Shown here: piece by piece, positions 1 to 12,429 of the stretch
How the letters are laid out: each line of letters opens with the position of its first letter
Position numbering within the stretch: the stretch's first letter is position 1
Source of the DNA: Vicugna vicugna
Taxonomy: Eukaryota
Assembly (NCBI GenBank): GCA_013265495.1
Contig: MU058153.1
Span: 870,001 to 934,000, forward strand
Reading direction: 5' to 3'
DNA length: 64,000 nt
Notes under the pieces: model-generated
The model's database searches: none
Seen by the model: only the letters and a program-made list of their open reading frames with translations
What the model was told of the DNA's origin: nothing
Program-made: the position numbers and the translations under genes

Positions 1-501
1 GTTTGGGAAGTTTTCAGTCATGATTTCTTCAAATACCTTTTCAATCCCCTTTGTTCTTTCTTCCCCTTCTGGAACCCCTATTATGCATAGATTGGCATGC
101 TTTATGTCATCCCATAGGTCCCTTATATTGTTTTCATTGTATTTTATTTGTTTTTCTCTCAGCTGTTCTGATTGGGTGCTTTCTATTGTCCTGTCTTCTA
201 GGTCACTTATTCATTCCTCTGCATTATCTAGCCTGCTTTGTACAGCCTTTAGGTCAGCTCTCATCTCAGCCAATGAGTTTACTAATTCTACTTGGTTCTT
301 CTTTATAGCTTCTATTTCATTTTTGACATATTTTATATCTTTAAACACTATTTCTTTTAGTTCCTTCAGTACTTTGGTCAGTCCTTTTTTGAAATCTTGA
401 TCTAGTAGGCCATCAATGTCTATTTCCTTGATCGTGCTTTCAGGGGATTTCTCTTGATCTTTTAATTGGGAGAGGTTCCTCTGCTTCTTCATATTGCTCA
501 T
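1..501 (-). pseudogene. ORF1: L1 ORF1p N-terminal part with an in-frame nonsense codon at 213-211
   Basis: Track ORF 211..501 (MSNMKKQRNLSQLKDQEKSPE...RLDNAEE*) continues in the same frame as ISDLEDRTIESTQSEQLREKQIKYNENNIRDLWDDIKHANLCIIGVPEGEERTKGIEKVFEEIMTENFPN, a typical ORF1p coiled-coil to RRM transition. Confidence 0.93.
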
Positions 502-1780
502 ATCTCTCTGACACTGTGGCTTAAGGAGTATCAGCTATCTAGTTCTCCTGGAGATGGTGTGCTCTTAATGATTTTATTGAGGTCTTTGTGTCTTCACCCT
601 GTTTCGTGAACTCAGCTTGCTGTTTCTAGAGGCCCTCTGTTGGCACCCTCATCTGTGCTGCTCCCAGTGGCTGTCGGCTGGCAGATCATGCCCCCTCCTA
701 ACACTGGGTCAGGTGCTGAGCTCTTACCCTGTGGGCAGGTGGGTCATGACCCCCCCCCCAGCACCATGGTCCGGTGCTGCATTCCTGCCAAGAAGGTGGG
801 TGGCCGCCCTCCCTTTCCCAGCACAGATCGCTCCACTGCTCTGTGCAGCTGCCTGCTCTGCCTCTGGTCAGCACTCCGGAGGCGGGCTCTGGAAAGACCA
901 CAGAACGGCCCCATCCCTGCTCTGTGCCAAATCTCAGCTCCTTGTTTGTCTTGGTGGCACAAGTTCTCTGAGGTGCCAGGGCAGAAAGATCCTAATGTCT
1001 TGGGCTGTAAACAAGTCTCAGTCCTGCCTAGGAGGTTGCGGAGCCCCCAGGTGCAGATTCAGGTCTCAGCCCCTCCCGGACCCGGGCACTGCGCACTGGA
1101 GAAGATGGCGGCTGTGGCTGCACCCTGCCTCTCTTCTCGCGAGAAGCACCAGTAATGGCGGTGCAGGTCTGAGGAGACAAAGGCTATGGCGCCCTTCCCC
1201 GCAGGGCACACCAGCCGTGTTGCTTCGCTTTTATCACAATTTATGGAGGACTGAGGTTGTTCTGCTCCATATCCCCTCCCAGCCACGGCGTACAGCACCC
1301 TGCAGTCCTCCAGGGCTGCCTCAGTGCAGCCGCCTCATTGCTCTGCCTAGCTCGGGCAGCCCGTCCTGGCCCCAGCTGCCAGCTCCCATCTCGGGCTGGG
1401 TGTCGTGGGGACCCTCCATGCCCGTTTAACTCAGTTCTGTCAGTCAAGGGATGCTCGGGGCAGATCTGAGCCTCGGAGGCTCCCCCTCCATCCCGCTGGC
1501 CTCTACATTGGATGGGGGGAGACCCAGAGAATGAGCACCAGTCCTCATTTGTTGCTCCCTCCCTGGGGGATTGGTCCTGCACTGTTTTGGTTTTTCTTCT
1601 TTCTTTTTTCCTTTTCTCCTACAAGATTTTTGGTGTCTTTGTCTTTCGAAGAGTGACATTCTGTCGGAGTTCAGCAGGTGCTCTGGTTGGCTGAGTAGGT
1701 CCGTAGATGTGAGTTTTGGTGTATTTGTGGGAGAGGGTGAGCTACGAGCATCCTTTACTCCATCATCTTGCTTCATGTCC
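502..1780 (-). promoter_or_regulatory. L1 5'UTR internal Pol II promoter region, GC-rich with partial CpG decay
   Basis: Lies upstream of ORF1 and is much more GC/CpG-rich than the flanks. Promoter role is inferred from L1 biology. Confidence 0.7.
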
Positions 1781-3059
1781 GAGAATGCTTTCTTTAGAGT
1801 GGAGTAGTGCTTTCTGCTGCATTTGTGAATTTTATGGAAGAGGAACTTTATGTGGACATTGGTAAGATTTCATAATTCTGACATGCACTAATTATGCCAA
1901 AGCATGTGGGTGGTGAATCAATAGTTTTCCAGGAAAATTGAGTAACACTCCACTACACATTGAACTTCTTTAAAAACAATTACTTTTCAATGATTCAGAG
2001 GAAAAGGGAGCCAAAAGAATAGTAATATGCTCAATTCCAGATCCTGTTATCTGCTACAGGGGGACAATAATAACCTTTATAAATGCTGAGGGCCAGCATT
2101 TCCTGCTAGGGGATCACTTAGAGCTTTATTCTCCAGCTTGTACAGACTTTCTGCCCTATCATCCTCAAATTGTTATGTTTATCTGATGCTTTTACATTGT
2201 CTCAGTGCTGCTCCCCAAGCTTCAAGTGTCATATTCTTGACTTGAGATTCACAGTTAAATGAACCAAAATGCAGAGCCATTACTTTCTGCCTTTTTGTCT
2301 CCAGTGACTTGTGTAACACTATGTTTTTCTGTTTGATATTTGCAATAGAAATATTAGCTGTCAACAAGAAGAAAAAAAAAAGATATGAATGATGCTGTGA
2401 AGGTCTCTGAAGGGGAAAAATCATTTAAACCTGAAATTTTTAACTGAGACTTCCTTTGTCAAAAAGGGAGAAGAAAAAAAATAGTCAATAGAAAGACTAA
2501 GAAGAGGTTTCAATTCTGCAGTCTTTTCATTAAGAAGAGTTGAATATTTCTTCAATTATTTTTTGTCACAAACAGGTGACTTAAATGGGTGCTTAAAAAA
2601 ATCAAACAGGCAATAAGTCATCTGGAATTTTCCCCAATACCTAATTTATGGATAGACTATATACAATGTATGGCCAGGGTCAAATATAAGGACTGGTAGG
2701 GATATCCCAGATGATCTAACTCGGGTTTTTTTATATCATAATTAAGTAAACTTAAAACCAAAAAAAAAAAAAAAGATATATGCCCAATACGAAAGCAGAG
2801 CAGGGTATGCTGACTTCTAAAGGTGATATTTCCCTCAACAGTCCAATTAAAGATGTGCTGCAGTGCAATTGCTTCATATAAATTCATGTGAACAAAATGT
2901 AACTTGGATTTATAAACACTTAGTCAAGTAAAATTAATTCTTTCACTTTGGTTTTTTGCCATGGTTTTCTAATAATAATGATAATAATAATGAGAAGGAG
3001 GAGAAGAAGAAGTTAGATCTCATTCAGGCTTCAATCATGGATAGTTTGTGAGCTGTGAG

Positions 3060-3490
3060 TAAAGGAAGTTGTAATTCCCAGGAGCCAGCATGGCTTCCCT
3101 GTGAAGATGGTGGCACACTTCCCTCATAGTCTTCTCTAGGGTTCCTTCACTGGCAGTTTAGGAGCTAATTGTTCCCTTGTTTGACTGCATTTTGGAAAGA
3201 CAATTGATGAAAATATCTCAAAGTCCTTATGAACAAGATAGAGAAATAAATGTTAGACGGTAGTACAAATTGGTGGATCCATAGTTGATTTTTAAATTGA
3301 TGTTAGTCTTGTCATTTTTAAAGTCTGTCTTAAAGGAGAAGGATTCACTTCCCTTTGGCGATTTCAGAGCATGGTACCAGGCCCAATGGGCAGAGGTCAA
3401 AGATATAATTTGATTGATTTTAAAATATGATGGAATTTCTTAGAAGTGGTGAACTTCCCATCGCTGGAAGTATTCAACCAAAGAGATAAA
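3060..3490 (+). mobile_element. Ancient CR1/L3 LINE relic (RT-region fragment plus 3'-end fragment)
   Basis: AGCCAGCATGGCTTC...CCTCATAGTCTTCT...GGTGGATCCATAGTTG resembles the CR1 RT region; GTGGTGAACTTCCCATCGCTGGAAGTATTCAA resembles the L3 3' end. Confidence 0.6.
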
Positions 3491-3529
3491 AAACCTACAT
3501 CTGACAGGGGTTGAGACAGTCTACTACTA

Positions 3530-5215
3530 CAACAGTTCTCAGAACATTTGGTGTCAAGATCCATTTATATTCATACAAAATGACTGAAGATCCACAAAAA
3601 GCTTTTGTTATGTGCACTGTATCTATTAATAAAATGAAACAGAAACTTTTAAAACACTTACTAATTCAGTTAAAGATAATAGCAAATGTGTTACAGGTTA
3701 ACGTAAATAAGAGTTGTATGAAAATATCTATTTTTTAGTATGATTTAGTGAGAAGAGTTGCATTTTGCATTTCTCTGGTTTAACAGCAGAAAGCTGGATT
3801 CTCCTATCTGTTTCTCATTCAGTCTTTTGAGATACGTGGTTTTATTTTAAGTGCAGAAAAAGAAAAATATGCCCTAACACAGATCTGTGGTTTGAAAGGA
3901 AGTGGTATGACCATATTTTAATTACCCTTTCAGATGATTGTGGATATGTGAAAACTCAACAAGTAGAAGTTTCTTTTTTTTTTTTTTATCTTAGCCCATT
4001 TTTTTCTTTCTTTTTTTCTTTTTTTTTTTTTAAGTATAGTCAGTTTACAATGTGTCAATTTCTGGTGTACAGCATAATATTTCAGTCATACATATACATA
4101 CATACATTTGTTTTCATACTCTTTCATTATAGGTTGCTAAAAGATATTGAATATAGCTCCTTCTGCTATACAGTAGAAACTTGTTTATCAATTTTATATA
4201 TAGTGGTTAATAGCTGCAAATCTCAAACTCTCAATTTTTCCCTCCCCATAACCATTCCCCCCTGGTAACCGTAAGTTTGTTTTCTATGTCTGTGAGTAAA
4301 ACTTTCTTAAAGGTTAACTGCCATGGGGAATCTGGAACCACACCAATGAACCTTTCTGTTAAATCACAAGGCATTGTCCTTTGATCTTTTACCCATGTGT
4401 GATTTTGTAACAACATGGGTTAGTCATTTAGAAAATACAAGTTCACTGGGTCATACAGATCTTCTAACTATTGACAAATTTTACTATATGGCAACAAAAT
4501 GCCACATTTATTAATATCACCTATTCTTTAAGAATTGGGAAGCAATCAAGCTGACTGTGATGGACAGACACAGCCTTCCAAAATTTTATTTTTCTTCTCA
4601 AAAGATCAAATTTGATCATAAGTCACAAATAGTGTCAGTTGTTTTCTTTGACGTGACAGGCTTTGTCAATTTTGGTACAAATGCCTGCCAAGTATCCAAG
4701 TATGAAAAACCATAGTTTGTCAGTTGTTTTATTGGATGAAAATGGAGTTTGATGAAAAAAGCATCTAGTTCAGCTCACAGCTCAATCATACAGAGTGTTT
4801 TTCTTTGAGATGACCGTTATACTTCCATAGGTAGAAGAAGCACTTTCTTTGTATTTCACATTTTTTCACAGAATTAAAAAAAAATCTGTTATTCAGAAGT
4901 CAAGATTAAATATAATTAATGACATTTGCTGCTTCATCAAGGACAATCTTAAGCAAAAATGGACATTGTTTTGTTACCAGAATGTGAGTTTGAAATACGA
5001 TGACTACTGGTTTAGTCTAGTACCACCACCTTGGTTCCTGCTAAGGTCCACTTTTTACCCCACCACTGCTTCTGCACCATCAGTGAAAATATCAACTCAC
5101 TGAAAAAGGCAAACAGTGTCTTAGTATCGGTATAAATATTCTTCTGATCTTGTGAAATCCTGAGATGGTTTAGGGACGCTCCAGTGTTCCATGAACCACA
5201 CTTTCAGAATCACTG
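3530..5215 (-). mobile_element. hAT-Charlie DNA transposon fossil (Charlie1a-like), interrupted by an L1 tail
   Basis: Degenerate TIRs CAACAGTTCTCAG (3530) and TCAGAATCACTG (ends 5215). Minus-strand internal sequence ACTGATGGTGCAGAAGCAGTGGTGGGGTAAAA matches recalled Charlie1. Confidence 0.85.
3976..4294 (-). mobile_element. 5'-truncated L1 3'UTR with poly(A), inserted into Charlie1
   Basis: Poly-T then AAGTATAGTCAGTTTACAATGTG... TSD AGTAGAAGTTTCTT (3962-3975) / AGTAAAACTTTCTT (4295-4308), 12/14 identical. Confidence 0.9.
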
Positions 5216-5239
5216 ATCCGGTGATTAATAACACAGAAT

Positions 5240-5420
5240 CTGGATTAGGCTTCTTGTTTTGAATTCTGGCTGAGCTACTTAACAAATTGTGTGACTTTGG
5301 GAAAGACACACATTTCTGAGCCTGTTTCCTCTTCTATAAAGTGGGGAAAATAGGACAGTGGTGCATAGTTAAGGAGAAAATGCTATAAACCAAGTAGCAC
5401 ACTGCTTGACACATGTCACT
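5240..5420 (+). mobile_element. MIR SINE
   Basis: MIR core TGTGTGACTTTGGGAAAG...CTGAGCCTGTTTCCTCTTCTATAAAGTGGGG. Confidence 0.7.
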
Positions 5421-5784
5421 GTTATGATGATGATAATTCAGTTGTTGCATTGTGAAAGACAGTAAGGTTGTGTGATTTTGACCAATTAGAAGTTAGAATA
5501 AATTACCTTTAAAATACATTCAATTGTGAGATTCTCTTATTATTTTTGACTTGTAAAAACAACCAGTATTGTTACCACAAAACTTAGGATACAGCTGCAG
5601 CAAGAGATATTAAGAGGGAGAGGTTTAATCTTTCCTACCTCCAATCGAAGTCAACCCAAATAAACACGCCTATTAAGTGAAAACAGAAAGCATGTAGGTA
5701 GAATTGACTTCAAGCCTACCCCTTCCAACCATCCCTTCTGCTTAAAAGTCTGGTGCCATACCTTTGCCATGTTTCTGACTTTAT

Positions 5785-6005
5785 GCATTGTGGCACAGGG
5801 GTTAATGAGGGCTGTGAAACCTGAGTTCCTGAGTTTGAATCCCACTTCGGCCTCTTAATAGCAGTGGGGCTATGGGCATTTTTCTTAACCACTCTGAACC
5901 TCAGTGTTCTCCTCTGAAAGATGAGGGTAACATTTGCATCTACTTCATGGAGCGGGTATGAAGATTCACATTTGTAAAGTGCCTACAGCAATGTCTAATA
6001 CAGAA
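5785..6005 (+). mobile_element. MIR SINE
   Basis: GAGTTTGAATCCCACTTCGGCC...CTTAACCACTCTGAACCTCAGTGTTCTCCTCTG. Confidence 0.75.
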
Positions 6006-7489
6006 TGGATATTGAAAAAAAAAAGCTCTCAATTTTCTTCCTCAGAAAGATACTATTTCTGGCAAACTTTTACATGCCTAATGGGCAGTGTGTATATTTC
6101 ATGTTTTTATAGAACTGTCCTTAGCTTGGGATTAGAAAGTTGAATAAGCCCATTTTATATCCTCGGAGGCTCTTAGAGTTAAAAGGTAAAGGTGACTTTA
6201 GAAGAATTGTCAGTGAGCATGAATTTCATAACTACATGGCAGATGAGGAGAGAAAAGGGTGATGTATTCAAAATATGTAACAGCCAATAAGCCATGACTA
6301 CTGACCAAGAAAACAAATGCTGGTCCTGCACCAGAGCAGAGACCTGAATTCTTGGCTGGCATTTGCCCCTCATTTGCTAGATTGTAGGGGATCCAGCCAA
6401 GTAGAATGACCACAGCATTTTATGTGGGCCCAGCATAGCTGTACTCATGCATATCAGCTAATTCATTCCAAAAGAAATGGCAAGCGTGCCTTTCCTGGCT
6501 GCCGATCAGTTTGTTTTATCCCCTCTCAATATTAGGGAAGGAATAATTTCCAGAGCGAAGTGAGGATGTTCAGGGATTTACGCACAGGAATCCTATTCCT
6601 AGCTGCTTATGAACTTCAACAGGTGGAGTAAGTTGAAGAACCAGCCTGTATTATCACCAAAGACAAAGAGCATCCTCCCCTGCAAGTAACCTTTGTACCT
6701 CAGAGCCAATATACCTGGTTCATCATGGAGCTGGGTCCATGGGAGTGAGGAAGAAGGACCATAATTGGAAACGATGCTGAGAAAGTATCATCGTCTTACT
6801 CAGCATAACTATAGCTAGGAAGCCTTTGAGTCATCGCTGCTAACTTCACTTAAAAAAAAATACAAAACCCAAAAAAACTGCTGTACTCCTGTGAGCAGAC
6901 ACTGCCGGAGCCAATGTATCTGTGGTGGAACCAGCTGGACTCGATCCCGTCCTGCAACTCATCAAAAGCCTTGTGAGGTCAGTTACTGTTGCAGAATCTC
7001 CTCAGCATTGATCCTCCCAGAGGCAGGAAGAGTTCAGCTGGGTTTTTGAATCCCACAAGGAGTCAGAGGCATTGGCACTTAGCAAATCCTCTTTTAATTC
7101 GCTCACTGAGAAAATTCAATCAAGACATCATTAAAAGAAGAGACCAGCAGGGCACCATTTGTCAGGTCTGTCTTTGAGCTATCCCTGCGTGTCAAGGGGT
7201 GGTAAGTGATGACAGAATTATATTTTCTTGCTTCTGAATAAGCTTCTGTCAAACAGCCCACAATTCTTTTAAAGTCAGAAACCAAGAAAAATTATATATG
7301 TGTATATATATATACCCATTACCCACCTGTGCCCAGCAGTAGACAACCAATTAAGCAACACCACAGTTCCACGCTCGACAGCACATTGAATTTGGAAACC
7401 TCCAGGGAGTACTGGAATCGTGAATGAAGGATGCCAGTTGAAAAGCAGGGGTTTCTGGAGAGTGATTGGGAAACAGGCAGAGCAAAAAT

Positions 7490-7960
7490 TACGAGGAACT
7501 TTGAAGTCAGACAGACAAAGGAGTAAATCAAAATTCAGACCTTTGTTATTTTAGGCAAGTTATTAAACTCTGTGTGTTTCTGTTCTCTCATGTATAAAAA
7601 AAAGAAATAATACTACTTCCCAGGTGTTTCATAGTAAAACAGTCAATTTATATCAAGAGTTTGGCAAATTGAAACTGTTTCCTTGGGCTGAACTCCTCTC
7701 TTTACGTAGACATGGGCAGGTTCAGAAGGTGTTGTCAGCAGGCTGTTAGGATTGGAATCCCACCTCTGCCACATCCCAGATGATTGACCTGGGAGAGGAT
7801 ACCGTATTTCTTCAAATTTCAGTTTGCTTAGACATAGCTTAAAATAAAAGCGTATCCTATGTCAGAGGGTTTCTGTGAGGTTGTATACTAGGTACAGTAT
7901 TATGCAAAAAGTGCTTGCAGAGTTCCATGGAAGGAACCGTAACTCCGTGAACATAGCTTA
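7490..7960 (+). mobile_element. Two adjacent degenerate MIR SINEs (~7490-7680 and ~7740-7960)
   Basis: TTTGAAGTCAGACAGAC...TTAGGCAAGTTATTAAACTCTG; GGAATCCCACCTCTGCCAC...TGACCTGGG. Confidence 0.6.
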
Positions 7961-8534
7961 TGTTGTGATTAATTATCTACTTATGAAGCTGAAGGAAAAC
8001 ATTTGTCTCGCCTTTGCAGCATGAGTATTTTTGACAAAGTGACAATGTCTCATTCTCGTATTTTTATATTTCATACTTCAAATTCTTGTATTTTCATCAC
8101 TTTTGCATTTTATGATTTGTTACAGTTCAAAAATACTAAATATTGCTCTATAAATTATAGAACTATATAATATATTATGATAGGTTTAATTACAGAGTAC
8201 CACTGTTCTCAAGGCTAATATGAACAATAATAACTAAATTTTAACTCTTAACCATTGTTCTTTTTTTTTTTTTTGGTATTAGAGCAATAAAAAATGGAGA
8301 ACTACTTTTTTATATTCATAAATGGTACAATAGCACCTCTATAGTTTTCTCAACACTGCCTGCAGCCCCAATTCTCTTTCTGTTTGATTTGAACTTGTCA
8401 CCCTTTAAAATCATGTCAGGCATTTCTTTACCAATTTCTTTCCTCAGTCTACCGAGCATAGCTAGTTTTTTCTCTTCTCATCACTTCCAGAGGACCCTGA
8501 ACCAAATCTCTTTTGTGGCAGATCACACTGGTTT

Positions 8535-8930
8535 TCTTTTTATTTTGAAACAAGTTCAAATTTACAGAAAAGTTGCAAGCATAATTTGAACTTCCATATA
8601 CCCTTTAACTAAACCAGTTTTACTATTTTTGCTACATTTGTTTTATAGTGTGTGTATAATTTTAACAATTATATATATATGGCTTATGTTTTTAATTATG
8701 TGAGAGTAGGTTATATTCATCATGCTTTCTTATCCCTTACTTTTAACTACAGTACAGTTAAATATAGGATATTTAACGTTGACACAATAATGTTATCAAA
8801 TCTGCAATGTTATTCTTGTCCAGTTGTTCCAAGAATGTCATTCATAGCTTGTTTAACTTCAATATTGGATGCAGTTTAGGATCATGAATGCATATGGAGT
8901 TTAGTTGTCATATATCGTTGGTCCCTCATA
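8535..8930 (-). mobile_element. Old L1M 3'-end fragment
   Basis: TTTTATTTTGAAACAAGTTCAAATTTACAGAAAAGTTGCAAG, the typical antisense terminus of old L1M. Confidence 0.7.
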
Positions 8931-8944
8931 CTGATTTTTTAGCT

Positions 8945-9100
8945 GTTTACTTTCTAGCCTTCCCTATTAGGCTTCTGCATTTTGAAGACGGGATTATTTT
9001 GTGTTTTCTATTATAATTATTTCATCACCTAACATGGTAAATGGATATACTTACTACATGTTCATTATGAATGGCTGAATCAATGAATAAACTAAATGAA
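8945..9100 (+). mobile_element. L2 3' tail
   Basis: Degenerate L2 terminus ending in TGAATGGCTGAATCAATGAATAA. Confidence 0.5.
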
Positions 9101-10970
9101 CCGGGAATATTGGAACAAGATTTTATTTGAACATATTTGGCAGACTGTCACCAAAACAACGGCAGCGTGAGCCAAAACTGCAACCACAAAAACAAACAAA
9201 CAAAGATACGGTACTACAGAAGACCCTTGGAATCTCATGGGAAACTAACCAGGGCATTTGTGAATAATCATAGCTTTTTATTCCTCTATTTCTCTCATTT
9301 GATGTATGTCAGAAGATGGGAAAGTGTGTGAACAATAACATAGAAAAAATTGAGAATATTATATTAATTAGAGTCCGTTGTAAAAAATATATGAGAATTT
9401 CCCAAAGGGTGTTGTTGGAATTAGGTGAAGGATAGTTGTGAGACCTGCATGCACTGGTATTTGAGCTAGAATTAAGGGGCTAGAGAAGCAGAAAGGAAGT
9501 ACAGGGGAAGGAGTGAGGATGAGATGAGGAAAACAGTACAAGCTACCGTGTAAAGCAGGAGTGTAAGCAGGGTAGGGGCACATATTAAATACTATTGAGT
9601 CCTCTTAGGTTTCAATGTAGGTTCTAGGGTTTTGCGTGAAATTAGAAGGCTAAGGTCTCTGGAATTGACTTGATAAGCCATACCAAGTTATTGAAGGTCT
9701 CTAAATAGGGTTCTCTTTGATAAGAGTTGTGGTTCAACTAAACGGAGATGCATCTATCTTCTAGGAAGTATGTAACCCATTCCTATTTCAGAAAAGATAA
9801 AATATGGCAAAAGTAGTTTATGGAACCTCGGTGTGCATGACATGAACATTCAGTGGTTCAAATATATGGTGGTGATATTACTTCATGGTCATTAAAACTT
9901 AAGGAGAAAATGGTTTGGGCTTTTATTTTTAATGATAAACTGGTTAAGACCTTTGAGATTTTCCATATCCCAGAGCTTAATATCTGCTAAACTACAGGAA
10001 AAAAAGAAAGAAAAAAGAATGCATCTGTGTTACTATAGTTACGGTGAAGTACTTTTTTCTTCCATTAATCGAGAAACAAAACAACAAAAACAAAAAGAGA
10101 GATAAATTTATCTTCTTCTAGTCAGCAATAACTTAGAGGAAGAAAAAGCAATAGACTCAGAACTGGTTTAAGTTTTAATGACAGACTCATTCCCTCTGAA
10201 ATACGTACAGGGAAGAAAAAAGTGTGCACTTCAAAAGACAGCGGTGGTGACCCCAAATATCATTGTTTTTATGACAAACGAAGGCTATTGGAAGGAATCC
10301 TGAAAATTATTAACAAGCCACAGAGACCCCTTGCCTTCTTGCTCTTCGCACCTTCAAAGGCAGGCATAGCTGGAGTTCCATTAATGAGTGTCAGAGAGAT
10401 CAGACGGTGATTTCCACACTACAGACCATCAGTTGTCATGACAGTCGGATGCGTTTTTTTTAGGTCAGACCTAACTGTTTCTTCCTTGGACTGGAGGCGG
10501 AGTGGGTGTCAACCAGCTTTCCCCATGAGAATTGATGACTCTCCATTCTCCCGTGGAATTTCATCATAATTCAGTTGATACAAAGATGGTGTCTTTATCT
10601 AGTCCTTCTAACTGAAGGTATGAAGTTGCAGCAACTCAGACAAGAGTCTTTTCCTTTATTTGGAGGGGTCTCCATGGCTAATTCATACCTTGACAAGGTG
10701 AAGTTCAACATGTCTTCTTTTTCCTTTCATGCTTTTATTGCTCTTACCGTATATATAGGGATACATAGCCATTGCATTTGAGCTCATAGCAGAATTGAAG
10801 ACCAGTTCATTCAACTGCCCAGACATCATGTCCCCTCATTTCTTCCTCTCTTATGCTTCCATGTTATTTTATTAATAGTATCATTATAGAACTGAACATA
10901 TCACATCCCAATAATCTGGTTAAGTATCTTCTTCTCCATTAAATGGTTAAGCTGCTGCTTCTTTATGAGA

Positions 10971-11178
10971 CTGAGTTCTCCGATAACGTAGCCACTAGCC
11001 ATATGTGGCTATTGAAATTAAAATTCATATAATAAAATAAAATTAAATTAAAGTTTCCTCAGTCACTCTAGCCACATTTTGCATACTCAATAATCACATA
11101 TGGCTAGTGGTTACCATATTGGGCAGAGTTAGTATAAAACATCTCTATCATTACAGAAATTTCAGTTGGGTAATTCTG
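10971..11178 (-). mobile_element. MER3 (hAT-Charlie MITE)
   Basis: GTAGCCACTAGCCATATGTGGCTATT...CACATATGGCTAGTGGTTACCATATTGG internal inverted structure; ~208 bp. Confidence 0.88.
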
Positions 11179-11186
11179 ATCTAGAC

Positions 11187-11329
11187 TCTTAGTACTCAAA
11201 GGGTGGTCCACAGACCAGCAGCACCAGCTCTTCCTAGAAGTACAGACTCTTGAACCCCATCCCCAAACTGGTCTGCAGCTGCAATGTTACAGGGTCATTT
11301 GCATTCACATTAAAGTGTGTAAAGTACAG
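11187..11329 (+). mobile_element. MER5A/MER5A1 (hAT-Charlie MITE)
   Basis: TACTCAAAGGGTGGTCCACAGACCAGCAGCACC...CACATTAAAGTGTG, flanked by ATCTAGAC / GTCTAGTT. Confidence 0.8.
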
Positions 11330-12429
11330 GTCTAGTTAATAATCATAGTATACAGTGAGTGTTTCTAGAATGGATAAACAAATGAATGAAAATCACTCTC
11401 CTTTATTTGACATAAAGGAAAAGAAAGGAAGCCTTCAGAGTCTCGTGAATCATTTTTAGATTAGAATCACCAATTTCTCCTTGGCATCCTTATTTCCCTT
11501 TCAATATCATTGTATTTTTTAGGGAGAATAAATGAAGGATTAGGCTATGTAAACTACATAGTTGATGTATGACTGAATGAAGTATTTTACATTTTTCAGC
11601 CTCTGTTTCAGGGTATCTCATTCATCAAAATGTATTAGGATGCCTCCATAATTTCTGTCTGCCATTTCTTAGCTGTTGGTTCTAGGGGGTGACAATCGTG
11701 GAGATGTTTCTAGATGCCTCAAGAGAAACGCTGGATGATTTATCTGGAAGTATTTGTGGCAAGTTAGTTGTGGGGAATTTAAGTTTGTTTGAATAGAGAA
11801 CTGCGGGGTATATCATTTTCTCCCTCTTCTGGGACCTTAAGGGGAAATAAGACATGTCAGGGAAATTTTCCCTTTGTTTAAAAATATTATAGATACTAAT
11901 CTTTAATGGTTTGTTGTGTAAATACTTTTCTAAGCTGAAGGACTCATCTTGAAATAAAGATTGTTAGGGAGAAAATCCTTGATACTTCTCTGTATTGGTA
12001 TTATCACCTTGGTTAATGGAATATTGTAGCTTATAGATTTTTTTTAAATGAATTTTTGTTTTCAGACTACTTGCTCTATCTTCTTTAATTTGGATGGGTA
12101 TGTTGGGTTTATCTGTGTCATCATTGGTATTTCAAAGGGACAGCTCATTTCCTGAATTCCAAGGAAAGATCACCAAATGGTATTTTGAATGTGTAGTGTG
12201 CATGACAGTGTGTGTAATTTCTGCCCTGCCCTAGGAAAAACTTCTGTCTGAACATCATCCTTGTTCCAGCCTGAGCTGGAGAGTTGAAAGCTACTTATGT
12301 TGGTGGTGAAGCTATAGGGTAGAGATGCACAAACAATAAAACTCTTCTGCAGAAACAAGGAAAAAGTAAAGATGCTTGCCACAAATGAGCTTGACTAAAC
12401 CACCCACATTGCAAATATCTTGAGTCTCA

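Larger units (their letters stand above)
1..1780 (-). mobile_element. Young LINE-1, 5' end (5'UTR plus ORF1 N-terminus); continues beyond the left edge of the window
   Basis: Minus strand starts GGACATGAAGCAAGATGATGGAGT (decayed CAAGATGGCGG YY1-type L1 start), has a ~1.3-kb GC-rich UTR, then ORF1 homology. The adjacent AAAGAAAGCATTCTC (1795-1781) resembles an L1 target-site duplication half. Confidence 0.95.

Noticed and set aside
20..400. 126-aa + strand ORF
   Set aside because: Antisense shadow of L1 ORF1; no independent evidence.
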